A stretch of DNA of 62,033 bases, filler included, from Dugesia japonica (GCA_001938525.1; 6 parts of 6 records of this genome joined end to end with filler, not necessarily neighbours in it), one strand, 5' to 3'; counted from the whole stretch's first letter, positions 37,264 to 51,237 are shown. The notes: a model not told the origin generated them from the letters alone. Program-made: numbers and translations.

Positions 37264-38295
37264 TGTTGACAATTATATTAAAAGATAGAGTTATTATACA
37301 ATTTTACGGACTCGATAGCGAACTCCCCTGGTAATGAAAAATAAAAAATTGATGTGCGACCAATTGGAGATCAATATAGCTAAAACATTTTCATTGGTTG
37401 ATATTAGAGTGTAAAAATCATCTTGACAACTTTTATTTGGTGACACATTTTATTGGTTTTCTCTTTGTGTAGTTGAGTTGTGTGTGCATAATTGAGTATT
37501 TAAACAAGTTAAATTTTTGTAAAAAATTTGCAACATTTTGCCGAAAAAATATTATTAAATTTGTGATCATCAATATAGTTTATTTAAAGTTTTATCGAAG
37601 AAAGAATTTAAATCATTTCTGCAAGACGGATCTTTACCTGATTAGTGGAGTCAAGTTAGTTACTAATATTCAAGTAAATATAATATATTCGAGCTTATTG
37701 TTGGAAAGTACCCAACAAAACTGGTGAGCCCAACGTGATCGGTAATTGTGGAAACTAGAAAAATATTTATCAATTGTTAATTTATCAAAGTTCCAGTGCC
37801 AAGAAACAAGAAAAAGCAAGTTGTCATAGGATGGCAATATAATTTAAGAAATCGAGAGATTAAAATTGAAAACGATAGTGATATGGAAGAAAACGTCAAT
37901 ATTATTGAAGACGGCAATGTAAAAAATGGATCTAATTATCAAATATTACCGGTAGCTTAGTATGGATGAGATCCGGTAAATTTTGTGGATTTCATTAGAG
38001 ATTATTATATGTACAGTAAAGCTTATGGATGACCAGAAAAAATTATGGTAAGGAGTCTACCACCATATTTAAATGGCGCAATAGGAGAAAGATGCCTATT
38101 GTCAATTAAATGCAACACAGTTGGATACTTGGACGCATTGCAAAGATGCATTAGCTGAACGATTAGTCAGTGAAAATGTTGGGAGAATTATGAGAAAGAA
38201 ATTCTATAATCGAGTTCAAAATGAAAATGAATCTGTAAATGAATTTGCATTTGAATTAAGCACTTTGGCTAAATAAGCCTTCGGCTTACGAGATA
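37264..38295 (+). mobile_element. Gypsy 5' LTR (37264-37717), PBS and truncated gag
   Basis: TGTTG...CAACA LTR; PBS TGGTGAGCCCAACGTGAT at 37722 (close to the tRNA-Trp 3' complement TGGTGACCCCGACGTGAT); gag LPPYLNGA...FYNRVQNENESVNEFAFEL. Confidence 0.85.
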
Positions 38296-38296
38296 A

Positions 38297-38630
38297 TTGG
38301 TCTTAGTTGGTAAAATCGTTGTTTACTGCCTAGAAGATTTATTAAAACAAAATTCTGATCCAAGTTCATTGGAAGCAGTTTGCAATATACTCGAAATAAC
38401 TGGAAAAGAATTAGAAAATAAATATCCAGCACATGTGCAAAAAGCTCTTGACAGGATTACTATTCTTTCAAATTCAACGCAACTAGATATCAAAACCCGA
38501 TTTAAATTGAAAGATTTATTGGATATGAAAACAAGAAATTAGGAACTGAGACAAATCCAGATCGCAAAGTCAACTGATCCAAAAATCCTGAAAGAGTTGA
38601 AAGAAGAAAATGAAATTAAAATGAAATTAA
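38297..38630 (+). pseudogene. MIF4G-domain (eIF4G-like) C-terminal fragment
   Basis: KIVVYCLEDLL...SLEAVCNILEITGKELE...LDIKTRFKLKDLLDMKTRN*ELRQ...DPKILKELKEE matches the eIF4G LECLC.LL...GK.L...R+RF.LQD++DL...NW...GPKTI pattern. The conserved W is mutated to TAG. Confidence 0.85.
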
Positions 38631-38800
38631 AATTCCTTGGTTGGTGTTGCTGTGTTACAACCCTATTGTTTTTAATTAAAACAAAATTTTCAGGTATATG
38701 ATTTTCAGTGAATGTATGTTGCATTCCTATCGCATTATCTAATTATGAAAAAGTAAATAAAAGAAAACAATTATCCTGTAAACATTTATTAAAATAACAT

Positions 38801-39275
38801 TTAAATATCATAATAATCAGCCATCTTTAGAATAGTTTATTTTAAGAAATTATAATGTGACTTGTTTAGATTGGGTTGGAAATCAAATCCCAGTTCTCGA
38901 ATGAAGTCATCCATAATTTGATCCATGTCAATTAATCTTCCTTGAAAAATATGTTCGAAATATTCTTCTGTGGTCAGCCGTTCACAGTCAAGATAATATT
39001 CTGGAAACTTTTCATTTAATATCTCATTCGCTATTTCTATGAAAAAAAAATTAAATAAAGTTGTAATAATTAATTAAACTCTTACCATAAAAATGGTCAT
39101 ATTTCAAATAATTATCTTCAAAATGACCACTATCATTATCATCATCTAGTATTTGTTGAATGGTTTTTTCTTCATTAACATTGATGTCTGCAGAGATATT
39201 TTCTATTCCTTTTTCAAGTCCGCTTTCTCCTTGGACAGGGTTTTCCAAATAATTTGCGAAGACAATAATAGACAT
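38801..39275 (-). pseudogene. Orphan two-exon gene (paralogue of 30790-31154) with a premature stop
   Basis: Intron 39085-39037 (GT-AG, phase 1). Spliced product ...DNYLKYDHFYEIANEILNEKFPEYYLDCERLTTEEYFEHIFQGRLIDMDQIMDDFIRELGFDFQPNLNKSHYNFLK*TILKMADYYDI. Confidence 0.7.
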
Positions 39276-39984
39276 TTTTGTAAAAGTGAATTTAATTTTA
39301 AAAAAGATGTTCTATTCAAGTGGAGATTAAAGGCTTCAAGAAATCCATTAATTCGGTAGGAGTTATATGGAAAGTCAAAAACATAGAAAAAAAGATCTAA
39401 ATTTGTTTACTTAGCTTTATGTTATTTTTATAGTGAAATAAATATTTATGAAAACAAAGTCTTTTTTAATTTTATTATTAAAAAAACAACTAAATTAAAA
39501 ACTAAATAAATAAAACAAAGACTGCATAATAATACATTTATTTTTAAACACAATTCACCGGAAACAAAAATAAATGTCTAAATTGAGAAGTTCATTCTGA
39601 TGTTTCTCCATGGAAACCAACAAAATTAAAATTTGTACTCTCATATTTACGACCATTGTTATTAACTATAATTGTAAATCTTTTATATCATGGTTTCTTT
39701 TATTCCAATGGTTTCTTACAATTCATTATTCTACATTTTCCTAATCCGAAGTAAATAATTGTAAATTTATCACTTTTGACTTTAAATTAAAATGGTTTGC
39801 CTGTAGGAAAGCTCATTTTCGTTGTTACTTCTTGCATCACTTCACCTCTGTTATTAATATTGGTTATCATAATTAATGAATTAAGAGGAACATTGAAGTT
39901 TTAATGGATTTAATTTAATTGATTCGTTAAAACAAATATATAAAATGTAATAAATTAAAGAAAACTAAGAAAAACAAATGATAA

Positions 39985-40700
39985 TCAAATTATTCTATGT
40001 AAAAAATACCTCCATAAGCCTTATATTACACAGTTGCTATGAAAATAGTACAAACATAAACACTGTACACTCCTACAAATATTTAATTATAAGGATTTTT
40101 ACAGTAATTTTAGGTTATATATAAATGCAAATGTTTCTCACTCATAAGCCCTATACACTCAAAAATCTTATAAGTTCCTATTATAAGGTATATCTACAGT
40201 ACTTTTAAGTTATTTATATGAAAATGTCACAAAACTCATAAACCATATACAATCATAAACATTATACATCGTTATAACATTTACTTATAAGTTTTATTAA
40301 GGCTTTTAAGGTATTTTTACAATGATGCTAAGATATAAACCCTATACACTTATAAACCTTATATTACACGGTTGCATGTAAATAATACAAGGTAACAAAA
40401 AGTAATAAAAATTCCATCGCCAATGAGATTTTCTATTAAAAATTGAATCGCTAATGAGATTGTTTATTAAAAATTGTCACTAGTATTATGTTTTTTAAAG
40501 AAAATTGTCACTAGTAATATTCTATTTTTATAGAAACATTTCTTGACTAATATGTTTTTTACAGAAAAGTAGAATGACTTATATGTTTTTAAAGAAAAGT
40601 GTCACTAGTAATATGTTTTTATAGAAAACTGGCATTAGTAATATATGTTTTTTTACAGAAAATTACTTAGCTTATATGTTTTTTATGAAAAAAGGTCAAT
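39985..40700. repeat. Two adjacent diverged tandem-repeat arrays
   Basis: CATAA(A/G)CC(C/T)TATA(T/C)AC units (to ~40380) followed by ~33-bp TAGTAATATGTTTTT..AGAAAA units. Confidence 0.7.
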
Positions 40701-41684
40701 GTTTTTATCATCTTCTAAAGAAAAGTTTTAATCTGAATATTTTATCATGTAAATATCACAAAAACTCCCCTCTTTGGTTATTTTTAATAAACATGCAAAA
40801 TATCAAGACTGCCCCATCTCATACAAAAATATAAAGTTTGCTCAAAAAAAAATTTAATCAAATTTAATTAAATTTCTTACAAAAAAAATTTTTAAATTTG
40901 TTGGGGTGAAACACCTGAAAATAGTAAATATACCAGCGATAGATAAACTCGAAATTCAAAAAAGAATGTCACAAGAAGGAAAACGAAGAATACAGACAGA
41001 AGAAGGAGTCAGACCAGTTACCAAAAGGAATAATTAAAGAAAAAACCGAAATTAAAGAACTGAATATGGGGGATAATCCGTAACCTATTAAGTCGCAAAA
41101 AGAGAAAAGAAATGTTGAAAGACACAAACAGACTGAGAGAACAAAGAAANNNNNNNNNNNNNNNNNNNNNNNNNNNNNNNNNNNNNNNNNNNNNNNNNNN
41201 NNNNNNNNNNNNNNNNNNNNNNNNNNNNNNNNNNNNNNNNNTAGTAGAAGAAAACAGCGGAATTAAATTAAATTTAGATCAGAAGAACAAAGAAATGAGC
41301 CTATAATTAATATTTTAGAAGAAAATAAAATAAATAATTTATTTATTTAAATAACATAAATCATAGAAATTAAAATGATTCATTTTTAAAAGAAAATTAA
41401 ATATTTTGGGAAATATGGCAAAAACTACAACTTCCCATGGTGAAAAAATTAGCAAATAAGAAAATTATGGTCACAAAAAGTCGGGGATTTTGAAAATGCG
41501 AGTTAAAAAATCGTAACAAGATCCAGAAAGAAGCTACAAGGGTTTAAAGACTGACCAATAATTTTAGAATCCCAAAATAACCACCAATAAAAAGAAATCA
41601 TGTGACAAAATTAAAATAATNNNNNNNNNNNNNNNNNNNNNNNNNNNNNNNNNNNNNNNNNNNNNNNNNNAAAATGACGGTTAG

Positions 41685-41727
41685 CCAATGAAAAGCACGA
41701 GGGTGTGAAGAGAAACCGGTATAAATA
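41685..41727 (+). promoter_or_regulatory. CCAAT box + TATA box (Pol II promoter candidate)
   Basis: CCAAT at 41685 (AGCCAATG context) and TATAAATA at 41720; more CCAAT at ~41556 and ~41584; candidate splice donors downstream (~41828, ~41983). Confidence 0.5.
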
Positions 41728-42324
41728 CCGATGTAATTTTCATCAAACCTAACCAAAAAAGCAGCTTAATCAATCGAAACCGTTACTTATCGAAATTTAA
41801 TATTGGATTCGAATTTATCACAAGAGGTAATCATTGGTTTAGTATGAAAAAATGTTTTTGGCAACGGTTTCCGACTCCAAAACTTATGGAAAATGACGAA
41901 TGTTAAGAACAAAATTCCATTTGGTTACCAGGAAGATTTTCTGCCACTTGGTGTGCTTGCTCCGGATTGATTCGAGGTTCATGTAAGTTCTGACTATTAT
42001 GTAACTTTAAAATTTTACTGTATCCTATCTTAACAATATATGTTCATTAACAAAGTTTTGTATTATTAATTAGTTGCCTAATTTTTCTTGACTTTTTAGG
42101 AAGCAAAATTCCCAAGGTTAATACATGTTAAAAATAATAAACTCCCCCTATTAAACCTGCTGAATTTTAAAGGTCAACAACAATGCTATTTATGCAAAAA
42201 GTATAGCCGCATCTCAGGATTATGTCCAAATAATGTGGATCAATTTCAGAAACCGATATTAATGAAATCGGTGAAAATTGACAATAATCCTGTTATTTAT
42301 TTATTTTTATTTATTTATCTCGCA

Positions 42325-43500
42325 TGATAATGATTTCAGAAGAAATTTTGAGGCAGAAATGGATGAAATGAGACGGAAGTTGGATGGATTCACTAAAAAT
42401 GACTCGGATAGTAAAAATGATAATCTAATTATATTTTTTTAAATGAAGTGCCAGAAATTGATAAAAAGACACCTGAAAACAATGGTCAAATTTCACCCAT
42501 TATTGACGACGTGGTAGTTGACAAAAGTCAAATTTTATATTCACATTTGTCGAACAAATTCGAAAATTGCAAACAAGATATGGAAGACATCTTAACAAAT
42601 TTGAAGGAGTTAACAAAAATGAAGTAGCCATTAGAAAAATTTGAAAACGTGATAAGAAAATGTGTTTTAGTACGGAAGTAAAGCATATTACTGATATGAA
42701 ACTCATTATGGCAAAAATTGGACAAGAGATGCGGAGAAATTCTTGGTTAGAAGACATATTGCTAATGAAAATGACGTTAAACTTACGAAAAATATTAGTG
42801 CCTATAGTACTGTTAAAGAACTAACTCAAATAATTAGTGAACTTAAAGGATGGAAAAACGTTAAATTGAGATTTGCTAATCACATTTTGGACGAGATGGA
42901 TGCTTATATTGTGGATCTTGGAATGATTCCAGGAAGTGAAAATGTGATTACAATTCTACAATATCAGGAAATATTGAAAATGGCTCTGAACACAACAGAG
43001 TTTATATTATTTCAAAAATTACAAAGTGAATTAGCAAGTAAATATAGATAAAATTCAAATGATATTAAATGATATTTTAAATATGAAAAAGGGTTGTTAT
43101 ATAAAACGTAATTTTATGCAATTGCTAGTACCTTGTTTTCATACAGCGCATAAGGATACAATTAAACAAAGAATGTTGAAATTTGGAAACGAATTTAGAG
43201 AGGAAAAAGCTAATTTTCCACCGTTTTGGGTTAAAATAAATATGAGTCAAAATGACAGTGAATATTGTAAACTACATTGGTGTAGTAAAGTAAAAGTTGT
43301 TAGAGCAAAAGTGTGTGAAAGGTTAAATGCGAAAGGAATAATAATAATGATAAGTACATTTTTGACTGTGGTTTTGGACCTGGACAAATAAATGAAATTA
43401 AAACGATTAACAGAGATGATTATCAATCAAACCGTATTAATTATGAGGATAATAATGAAGATAATAAAAAATCAGTGAAATATCCAATATATATATAAAT
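42325..43500 (+). pseudogene. Disrupted gene with two tandem ubiquitin-like domains
   Basis: Ubl1 STVKELTQIISELKGWKNVKLRFANHILDEMDAYIVDLGMIPGSENVITI. Ubl2 SKVKVVRAKVCERLNAKGI/(frameshift)NDKYIFDCGFGPGQINEIKTI. Each follows a similar helical segment. Confidence 0.65.
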
Positions 43501-45664
43501 CAAATGAATTTTAAACATGAAATGAAAAGGCGTGATGAAATCAAAACTGAATAAGTAGTGGAGAGTGAACAAGAGATTTATCAATTTAGAGAAACTCCTG
43601 AAACTTCATTTAAAGTGAGTCCATATTCTAGTTTTACAAAAGTTCAGGAGACAAGTGATAATCGTGGACTCTTTCGAATCGTTGAACAAATAGCTGAGAT
43701 CTTAGAAAATCACAATAATACTAGCGATTTTATAGTGTAAAGAATTTTTAAAGGGACTGCTAAATGAGATTTATCCATTATGGAGAATAAAATGAAATAA
43801 AAGAGTTATTACTGTAGATATAGCAGACCAAATTATTCAAATTTTTCTTAGTATAATGATTGAGATAAACAAAGATAAAAATTATAATCTCAGAAGGATG
43901 ATTCACTATCATTTACTATTATTTTTGATATAAGACTCTGTCAAGTTGTAAAGATGTTTTTTCAATATGCCATTATACGAAATCAGTTATACGTTTTGCG
44001 CCTAATATCTCAAATAAAATGAAATTAAGTAAAGAAATAAGCTGATTCAAAAATATATATTATATATGTGCTATACAAATGCATTTTGAATCACAAAAGG
44101 TTTGTTTCTGTTATTGAATGCTTAAAGATCAGGGCTTCCCTAACCCCAAGGCAAACTGGGCCATAGCCCCAGGGCGCAAAGGTATTTGTTTATTTTTGAA
44201 TTTACATTATAAGTTTTGCAGAATTTAGAGACATTTTTTTCATTTTTAAAATGTAATTTATCATCTGAATTAGTTTGTTATTTTGTCTCATTTGTATTTG
44301 TACAAGAAAAGCGATATCTTAATATTATTATGTTCAGCTTTTAATTCTAAGTTCAACAATACCAAACTGATTTGATTATCATAAGTATTTCTTGAAAAAT
44401 AATTTTTTACCTATTTTTTTCTATCTTTCGAACCAAGCATATTTCTACAAAAAACCATATACAAAATATGTTCAGAATTTTATTCTGAATCGAATAATAC
44501 TATTTGTGGAGCGATACAATACGTTTTGACCGAGAAATTCGTAGATCGAGGTCAAATGATCCAGTGCGCAACTACATTAACCAAAAATACTTATATAGTA
44601 AACATATGTAAAAATGTTTAGAATTTTATTCTGAGTTCAACGATACCAAATTTGAAATTGTACAATAAAAATTGACAGAAAAATTTCGAACCAAAAAGTT
44701 TCATCAGCTTTTATCTGTAATTCTTTCACATTTCTTCCACTAATCATCTCACATATCAATCAATCTTATCTATTGGAACTCATAAACTATTTTCTCCTGA
44801 CAAAATAACACAGACCATTAAAAATAAAAATAAGATAATAATCTATTTGATGTCATTGAATAATTACAAATTTTATTAAGTATTTTAAATTATGGCAAAA
44901 TAACTTTAAAATTTTTTTTTTGAAAAATAGATAATTTTAAAATTACTTTTTACTCTTCGGAGCAAGTAAATGAGCCCCAAAATAATCATTAATTACAGGT
45001 AAATAGAACTGCGAATGGGAAATAATAGATTTGTTATTAAAAATTGTGGAATACAGATTTGCGAATAATAAACTATTTCTACTAATAAACAAAAACAAAT
45101 TGAAGTAAGCAAACATAATCCTTGCTCAATGAAAATAATCATCAAAACAAAAGATACCATAGAGATACAGCTGTATAAAATGTAAAAATTACATTCTAAT
45201 TAAAGAACGAAGATTTTCAAGAATTTTAAAATATTTTTTATTAATAACTGAATATTTTGCATTNNNNNNNNNNNNNNNNNNNNNNNNNNNNNNNNNNNNN
45301 NNNNNNNTTAATTAATTAANNNNNNNNNNNNNNNNNNNNNNNNNNNNNNNNNNNNNNNNNNNNTCTGTATAAATATATATAATATAAATGTTGTAATTTT
45401 TTGTACTGGACAATTTAATGTAACAGACTATATATATATACATATAAACTCAAATGTTCATTCTTAATTAATTTATTTTTGAAATAAAATACAAAGTAAA
45501 GAAAGAACAAATAAAATATATGTAATATTAATCCTTCCAATTTAAATTCGCAAAGCACAATGTTGCAAACACTAAAAGTTGAATATTTAAAAAAACTGGA
45601 TAACTTGTTTAAATATTCTTTTTTAAGATTCAGTAATATTTTGAACTTATTAAATAAACTTGTT

Positions 45665-48600
45665 ATGGAAATTAAGACTTTTGATTTAACTGGCGATCCA
45701 GCCCAGCTGAACCCAATTACTCGAAACCAGGAAACCAAAGCAAAAATAATCTATAAAGCTTTGGCTAAAGAATCTAAGGAATTATTAACCCCTAAAATTA
45801 CGATCTTTTTATTAGACAGTGATGCAAAAGACCTGTGGCAAGCATTTAACAGCCAGCAGAATGTTAACGCTAAAATGGCTAGCGAATGGTTTAAAGTAAA
45901 ATTTATAAAAGAAAAGTAATTTCTCCGAATTATTGAGGAATGTAGTGGAAATCGACAAAAAGGAAATGAACGTTTCGAAAACTTTGAATTAAGAGTTTTA
46001 AGATCAGTCAAATAAATATTTGAATCAGGATTGACTGTGGAGTAAATTGCTCATCAAATAATCAAGAAAAGAGAATGTTCAGAAGAGCTAAAAAAACCGG
46101 ATGAAATGAGAAAGTTGGCTGAAAATTTTGAGAAGAACGATGAAAGTATTGTTAGGTCACAGATAAATATGTTGACTCACTCAGAAGTGGCAGCTGCAAG
46201 TTACAATCCGAGAATTAAGAAAACTGATTTAAAAGGTTCTAAGCATAATAAATCTAGAAATAATGTAATTGAAAAGGCAATACTAATTGCTGAAGAATTT
46301 AATGATTCCAAAAACAGTAGAGAAGGTCAATTTAGAAATATGCCAACAGTTTTCATGAAGTTTATTGCAAGAAATTGTACAATAGATCAAAAGGACTTCC
46401 TCCACCAAAAGAAGAACAATTAAAAAATGGCTCATGCTTTCGCTGTGGTCTGATGGGTCACATAAATAATGACAGCCCTCTTAAATCATGTTGCCTAATT
46501 TGTGGTAAAATGGATCACATTTTTAGAAACTGTCGATTACTTGGAAATCAGATATATCATAACAATAATTGTGTGAAATGCATTTCGGAAGAAGATGACA
46601 ACGTGGATGAAAGAAATAAATATTTAAAGATGATCAATTATGATGTTAGCTATTTAAACGAAAGAGACTCCATTGTTTCAATTTCGTCGGTAGAGTCAAT
46701 ACAATAAAAACTGAAAATAGGAATTGTGATATGCATAGGAAGAATTATGGAAGAATTTGGAGTATGGTCAAAGTTAGAAGCAAAATGGTCGAAATGTTGT
46801 GGGATACAGCTGCTTCAATATCAGTGATGCATATAAAGTTATGGNNNNNNNNNNNNNNNNNNNNNNNNNNNNAATGCAATATTAAATTGAGTGGTGCATT
46901 TTTAAAAGAAGCAGTGAATTGTTCAGGAATTGGAAAAGTTGAAATAGAATTTGGAAATGTGAAGAAAATTGTTTACATTGTGATTGTTGATGGAATAAGT
47001 CCAGAATTTATTGGTGGAATTGATATGTTTAATGCATTTAATATTCAATTAAAAATGCTTAGTATTTTGGACTCAGAGAACATTAACAGCAAATTCACTA
47101 ATAATGATCGTTTTAAGGCAGCATTAGCAGCATTTAAATCGAAAGATAATGATTTAAAAGAAACGCTTCTAAAGTTTTCAAATATATTTATGGCAGATAC
47201 TTTTGATCTTGCAAAACACATGTTGTAAAACATTTTATTCAAGCAGTTGGTGATCCTATTCTACAACAACCTCGACGTCAACCAATGCATCTTGAACAGA
47301 AGATTGACGAATTGATTAAGCAACTTATAGAAAGTGATATTATCAAAGAATGCAGAAGTGCTAGGAATTTTCCAATGGTAATTGTTGGTAAAAAGAATAG
47401 CGCGATCAGAATGTGTCAAGACTTTAGAATGTTGAATGATTCTACAAAGAAGTTTTCATTCCCAATGCCAGATCCACAAACCTTGTTTGATCATATTTGT
47501 GGTTGTAGAATATTTTCAACTTTGGATTGTGAAACAAGCTTATTATCAGGAAGAATTAAACAAAGAAGATAAGATTAAAACGGCATTTTCAACAAAGAAG
47601 GGAAAATATTGCTACAATTGTATGCCATCAACTGCTCCAGCTACATTTCAGAAATTGATGCATATAATTTTGGATAAAATTTTATTTAAAGGTGTAGTTG
47701 TATATATTGACGACCTTTTAATATTTGCAAATGAAAAAAAAATATTTGCATGATAAAATACTTGAAAATGTATTTCAAAGAATTCAGAATTCTGGTCTCA
47801 AAATCAATCCAAATAAATCTAAATTATATCAAAGTGAATCGTTATTTTTGAGTCATACAGTTATCAAAGACGGATTGAGGCCTAATTTAGAGAAAATCTT
47901 AGAAATTGCAAAAGCAGAAATACCAAAATGCACTAAACAATTACGTTCTTTTTTAGGCATGGCAAACTATTACAGGAAGTTTGTTAAAAANNNNNNNNNN
48001 NTTGCAAAACCATTATATGCTGCAACGGAAGGCCATAAGCGAGAAATCCAATGGATTGAAAAGTGCAAAACAAGCTTTAATGAGATCAAACAAGCTTTGT
48101 GTACTGCGCAAATATTAGATTTTCCGGATTCAAGCAACCAATCCATATTAGATACTGATGCTAGCTTTAGTGGGATCGATGCAGTATTGAGCCAAATTCA
48201 AAACGGTTTGGAAGTGGTAATTTCATTCGGCTCAAGAATTCGAAATGCTCATGAAAAAGGTTTTCGCGTGACACGTAAATAATTGCTGGCTTTATATGAA
48301 TTTATCAGACATTTTCGTCATTATTTATATGGGAAAAAATTTGTAGCACAAACTGATCACAAGGCATTGAAATTTATTAAGCGTTCACATAAACCAATTA
48401 CGCCACAATTTTAAACCTGGATTACCGAATTGCCAGAATATGATTTTGAGCTTAAATATAGGAAAGATGAGCAGCACGCAAACACAGATGGTATGTCTCG
48501 TATTCTTTCAAGTTATTGTTCTCAATGCCAAACCGAACATGTAGATGCTAAATTCAAGATGTCTAAAGTAAAATATTTGAATGTTTTAGATGATTTTGTA

Positions 48601-49170
48601 GGCAATTTTGATAGCTTTATTAACAGATTAATGAGGAATAAATTGTTTATTAAAGTGAAAAATACTTCTCTGGAGAAGAAAAAGAGATTCTTAAAGACCT
48701 AAACGAATCAATTTACAAAGAGTACTTGAATGATTTATTTGTAGAAAACGATTTGAAAAGCATTGAGCGTGATGGGGTTCGTAAGATTGCAGTGCCACCA
48801 AATGATATAAACGACTTTGTTAATAAAATACACAAAGATTTATGTCATGTTGGAATGAAGAAAACTATAAAATATGTATCAGATTATTTCTTCTGGCAAA
48901 TGTGATCAGAGATATTCGAAATATAATACGACTACGTCAATTTTCATTGCGCAGGAAAATAAGTAGTGAAAAGGTTTAAGAGAAATTTATTCCGCGCGAA
49001 GTAACTAATCCCATAGAACAAATAGTCAGGGATATGGCATATATAGATATTGGTTGATCAAATTAAAGATATATGATTGTTATCATCGATAATTTTAGTA
49101 AAATGATTATTCTTACTGCAACAAACAATCAAAATAAAACCACTGTAATTAATTGCATTTCAATTATTTA
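45665..49170 (+). mobile_element. Ty3/Gypsy gag-pol (two zinc knuckles, protease, RT, RNase H, integrase start), disrupted
   Basis: CFRCGLMGH and CLICGKMDHIFRNC; LWDTAASIS; IRMCQDFRMLN; APATFQ; VYIDDLL; LRSFLGMANYYRKF; LDTDAS; TDHKAL; HKDLCHVGMKKT. Confidence 0.95.
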
Positions 49171-50399
49171 ATTAAATTTAAATGTAAAATACCTTTTTCT
49201 CAAAATTTTGAAGTAAAGCTTCGAAGAGTAAAAATATTATACGAAATGCAATGACTAAAAGAAATCAAAATGTAAAAAATGTGCGAAATATTTGAAATGT
49301 AAGGGATCATCTACCAGCAGTTTAATTAGTCATTTGAAAAATGATTCTTGTATTAAACTCTAAAGTTTTTATCCTTGAAATAATAATTTTTCAAATTAAT
49401 AAACAGATTTTTAAAAAAATACCCTTACTGTCTTCATTAATAAATCCTGCAAATAACTTTTGAAATTCTGCCATTGAATTAAGTGAATTGTAAATTATTT
49501 TTAAAATTAATAAATTAAATTAAAAAGATTGCCTTTTTTAGACATCATTTGTTGTTTATTTGATTTCGGTTTTTTGTTAAAAATTAGTCTGTAGTTCATA
49601 TATTACTACTTGCTTTCTTAGATGAGGGATTACATATTTCTATTAGAAGACGTTTCTTATTTATAAATTGTGTAATATGCTAGCACCTTATAAAAACTTG
49701 CCAATGTTTCCACTCCTAGTGATTTGCAAGTTGGATATAGGATTTTGTCACAAAATTTCTGACCAACATTTATATTTTATATTATTTAATATTATCTGTG
49801 GTGTTAATTATTTCTTAATTATTTAAATTGTTTGCAGTTATTCTTATAATTCTGGTATAATGGATGTTTTATTAGTTGTTGGGTGTTCTACCCCAATAAA
49901 ATAATCATATTTTTCATTTTTAAAATTTAAATTAATAAAAAATATCTCCCAACAAAAAAGAGTTTTTACTTTGATTTTTTAAAAAATAAATAAAAACCGT
50001 CCAAAAACCGGTTTTTTTGATTTTTTTAAAACCAAAAACCTGATTTTGAAAACCCAAGTTTTTGTTATACCGTAAGCATAATGAACAAATGAAACTTTTC
50101 CTATATTTTAAATTATTTTTTTCCAATTTTAATTATAATTTTAAAATTATTAAACAGAAAAATCCAAAAATTATAAAAATTCAATGTATTTTTAATTTAA
50201 TAATTGGAAATTGTGAATTTTTTACCCACAAGACCTTCAATGTAATTAGTAAAAAAATAACTCAAAATTTCAATGTAACTTTCTTGGTCTGGAAAGCTTT
50301 CAGCCAGTTAATGAAACACAGTTCTCACATCTACTATGGGTATAAAGGCTAAAGCTGCCAAATATTAAAGTTCGAGTTTCATATCAATATTACTCTCTA

Positions 50400-50880
50400 A
50401 AGTACACAAATTTATAGTCCAACATTATTAATTTTTCTTATTAAACTTTGANTTAAATAAAAATAACAGCCTTTAACTTCGGCATTTTGAAAATCATTTG
50501 TAACTGCTCTTATTGCAGCCTTTTCAAAATCCACCAATACCTTTTGAGGTTCTAATCTGGGAGTAATAACATTAAAATATCTAACATCCGATTGTATGTA
50601 TTTAATGTTCTGTTTGGTAATAAACAATTTACACAAGGCGGATATGAGTTACCTACACGTATAAATTGATAAAACAAGATATGGGGCTTTATCGAAAGTT
50701 CCATTTCCAAACCTTATATATTTCTCTAATTCATTTAAAAGGCAAAAGTGTTCCAGGGCCAGAATTCTATCCGGAGAATATGCTCCTGTATTTCCCCTCT
50801 TTCTGTAGTGGAATATTCCATAATTTAAAATAAATGTTAATTTCAAAAATTGATTCAAACAAACTGAATAAGTAAACAAT
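50400..50880 (-). mobile_element. MULE transposase fragment
   Basis: FGNGTFDKAP; VLVDFEKAAIRAV...AEVKGCYFYL.QSLIRKI. Confidence 0.82.
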
Positions 50881-51237
50881 AACTTCTAAATAAATGGTTA
50901 CGATTTAGGCAAAAAAATGAAAATAGAAAATTTTATCAGTTTTCAATTTTAGTCTATAAATCACTACATAAGAATATTTAAAGACGAAGAAATATAGTTA
51001 AAAAATTTAAATGAATTAAAAAATTGGCATAAAGTATCATATAATAAATTCATATTGTGAGCAATTTTATATGTGAGCAATTTTCTTGTGCGCAATATTC
51101 GTGTGCGCAATATTCGCGTCCGCAATTTTCCTGTGCGCAATTTTCTGATCACGTAATACAATAATATGGCTTTGTTTGAAATATCGATTGATTTGTGCAC
51201 TTGAATAAAAAAAGTGAATTTTTATTTTTCCGGTCAT

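Noticed and set aside
50964-51200. Arg-rich ORF (RKLRTGKLRTRILRTR)
   Set aside because: Translation of 15-bp subterminal repeats (GCGCAAT...) of a DNA transposon.
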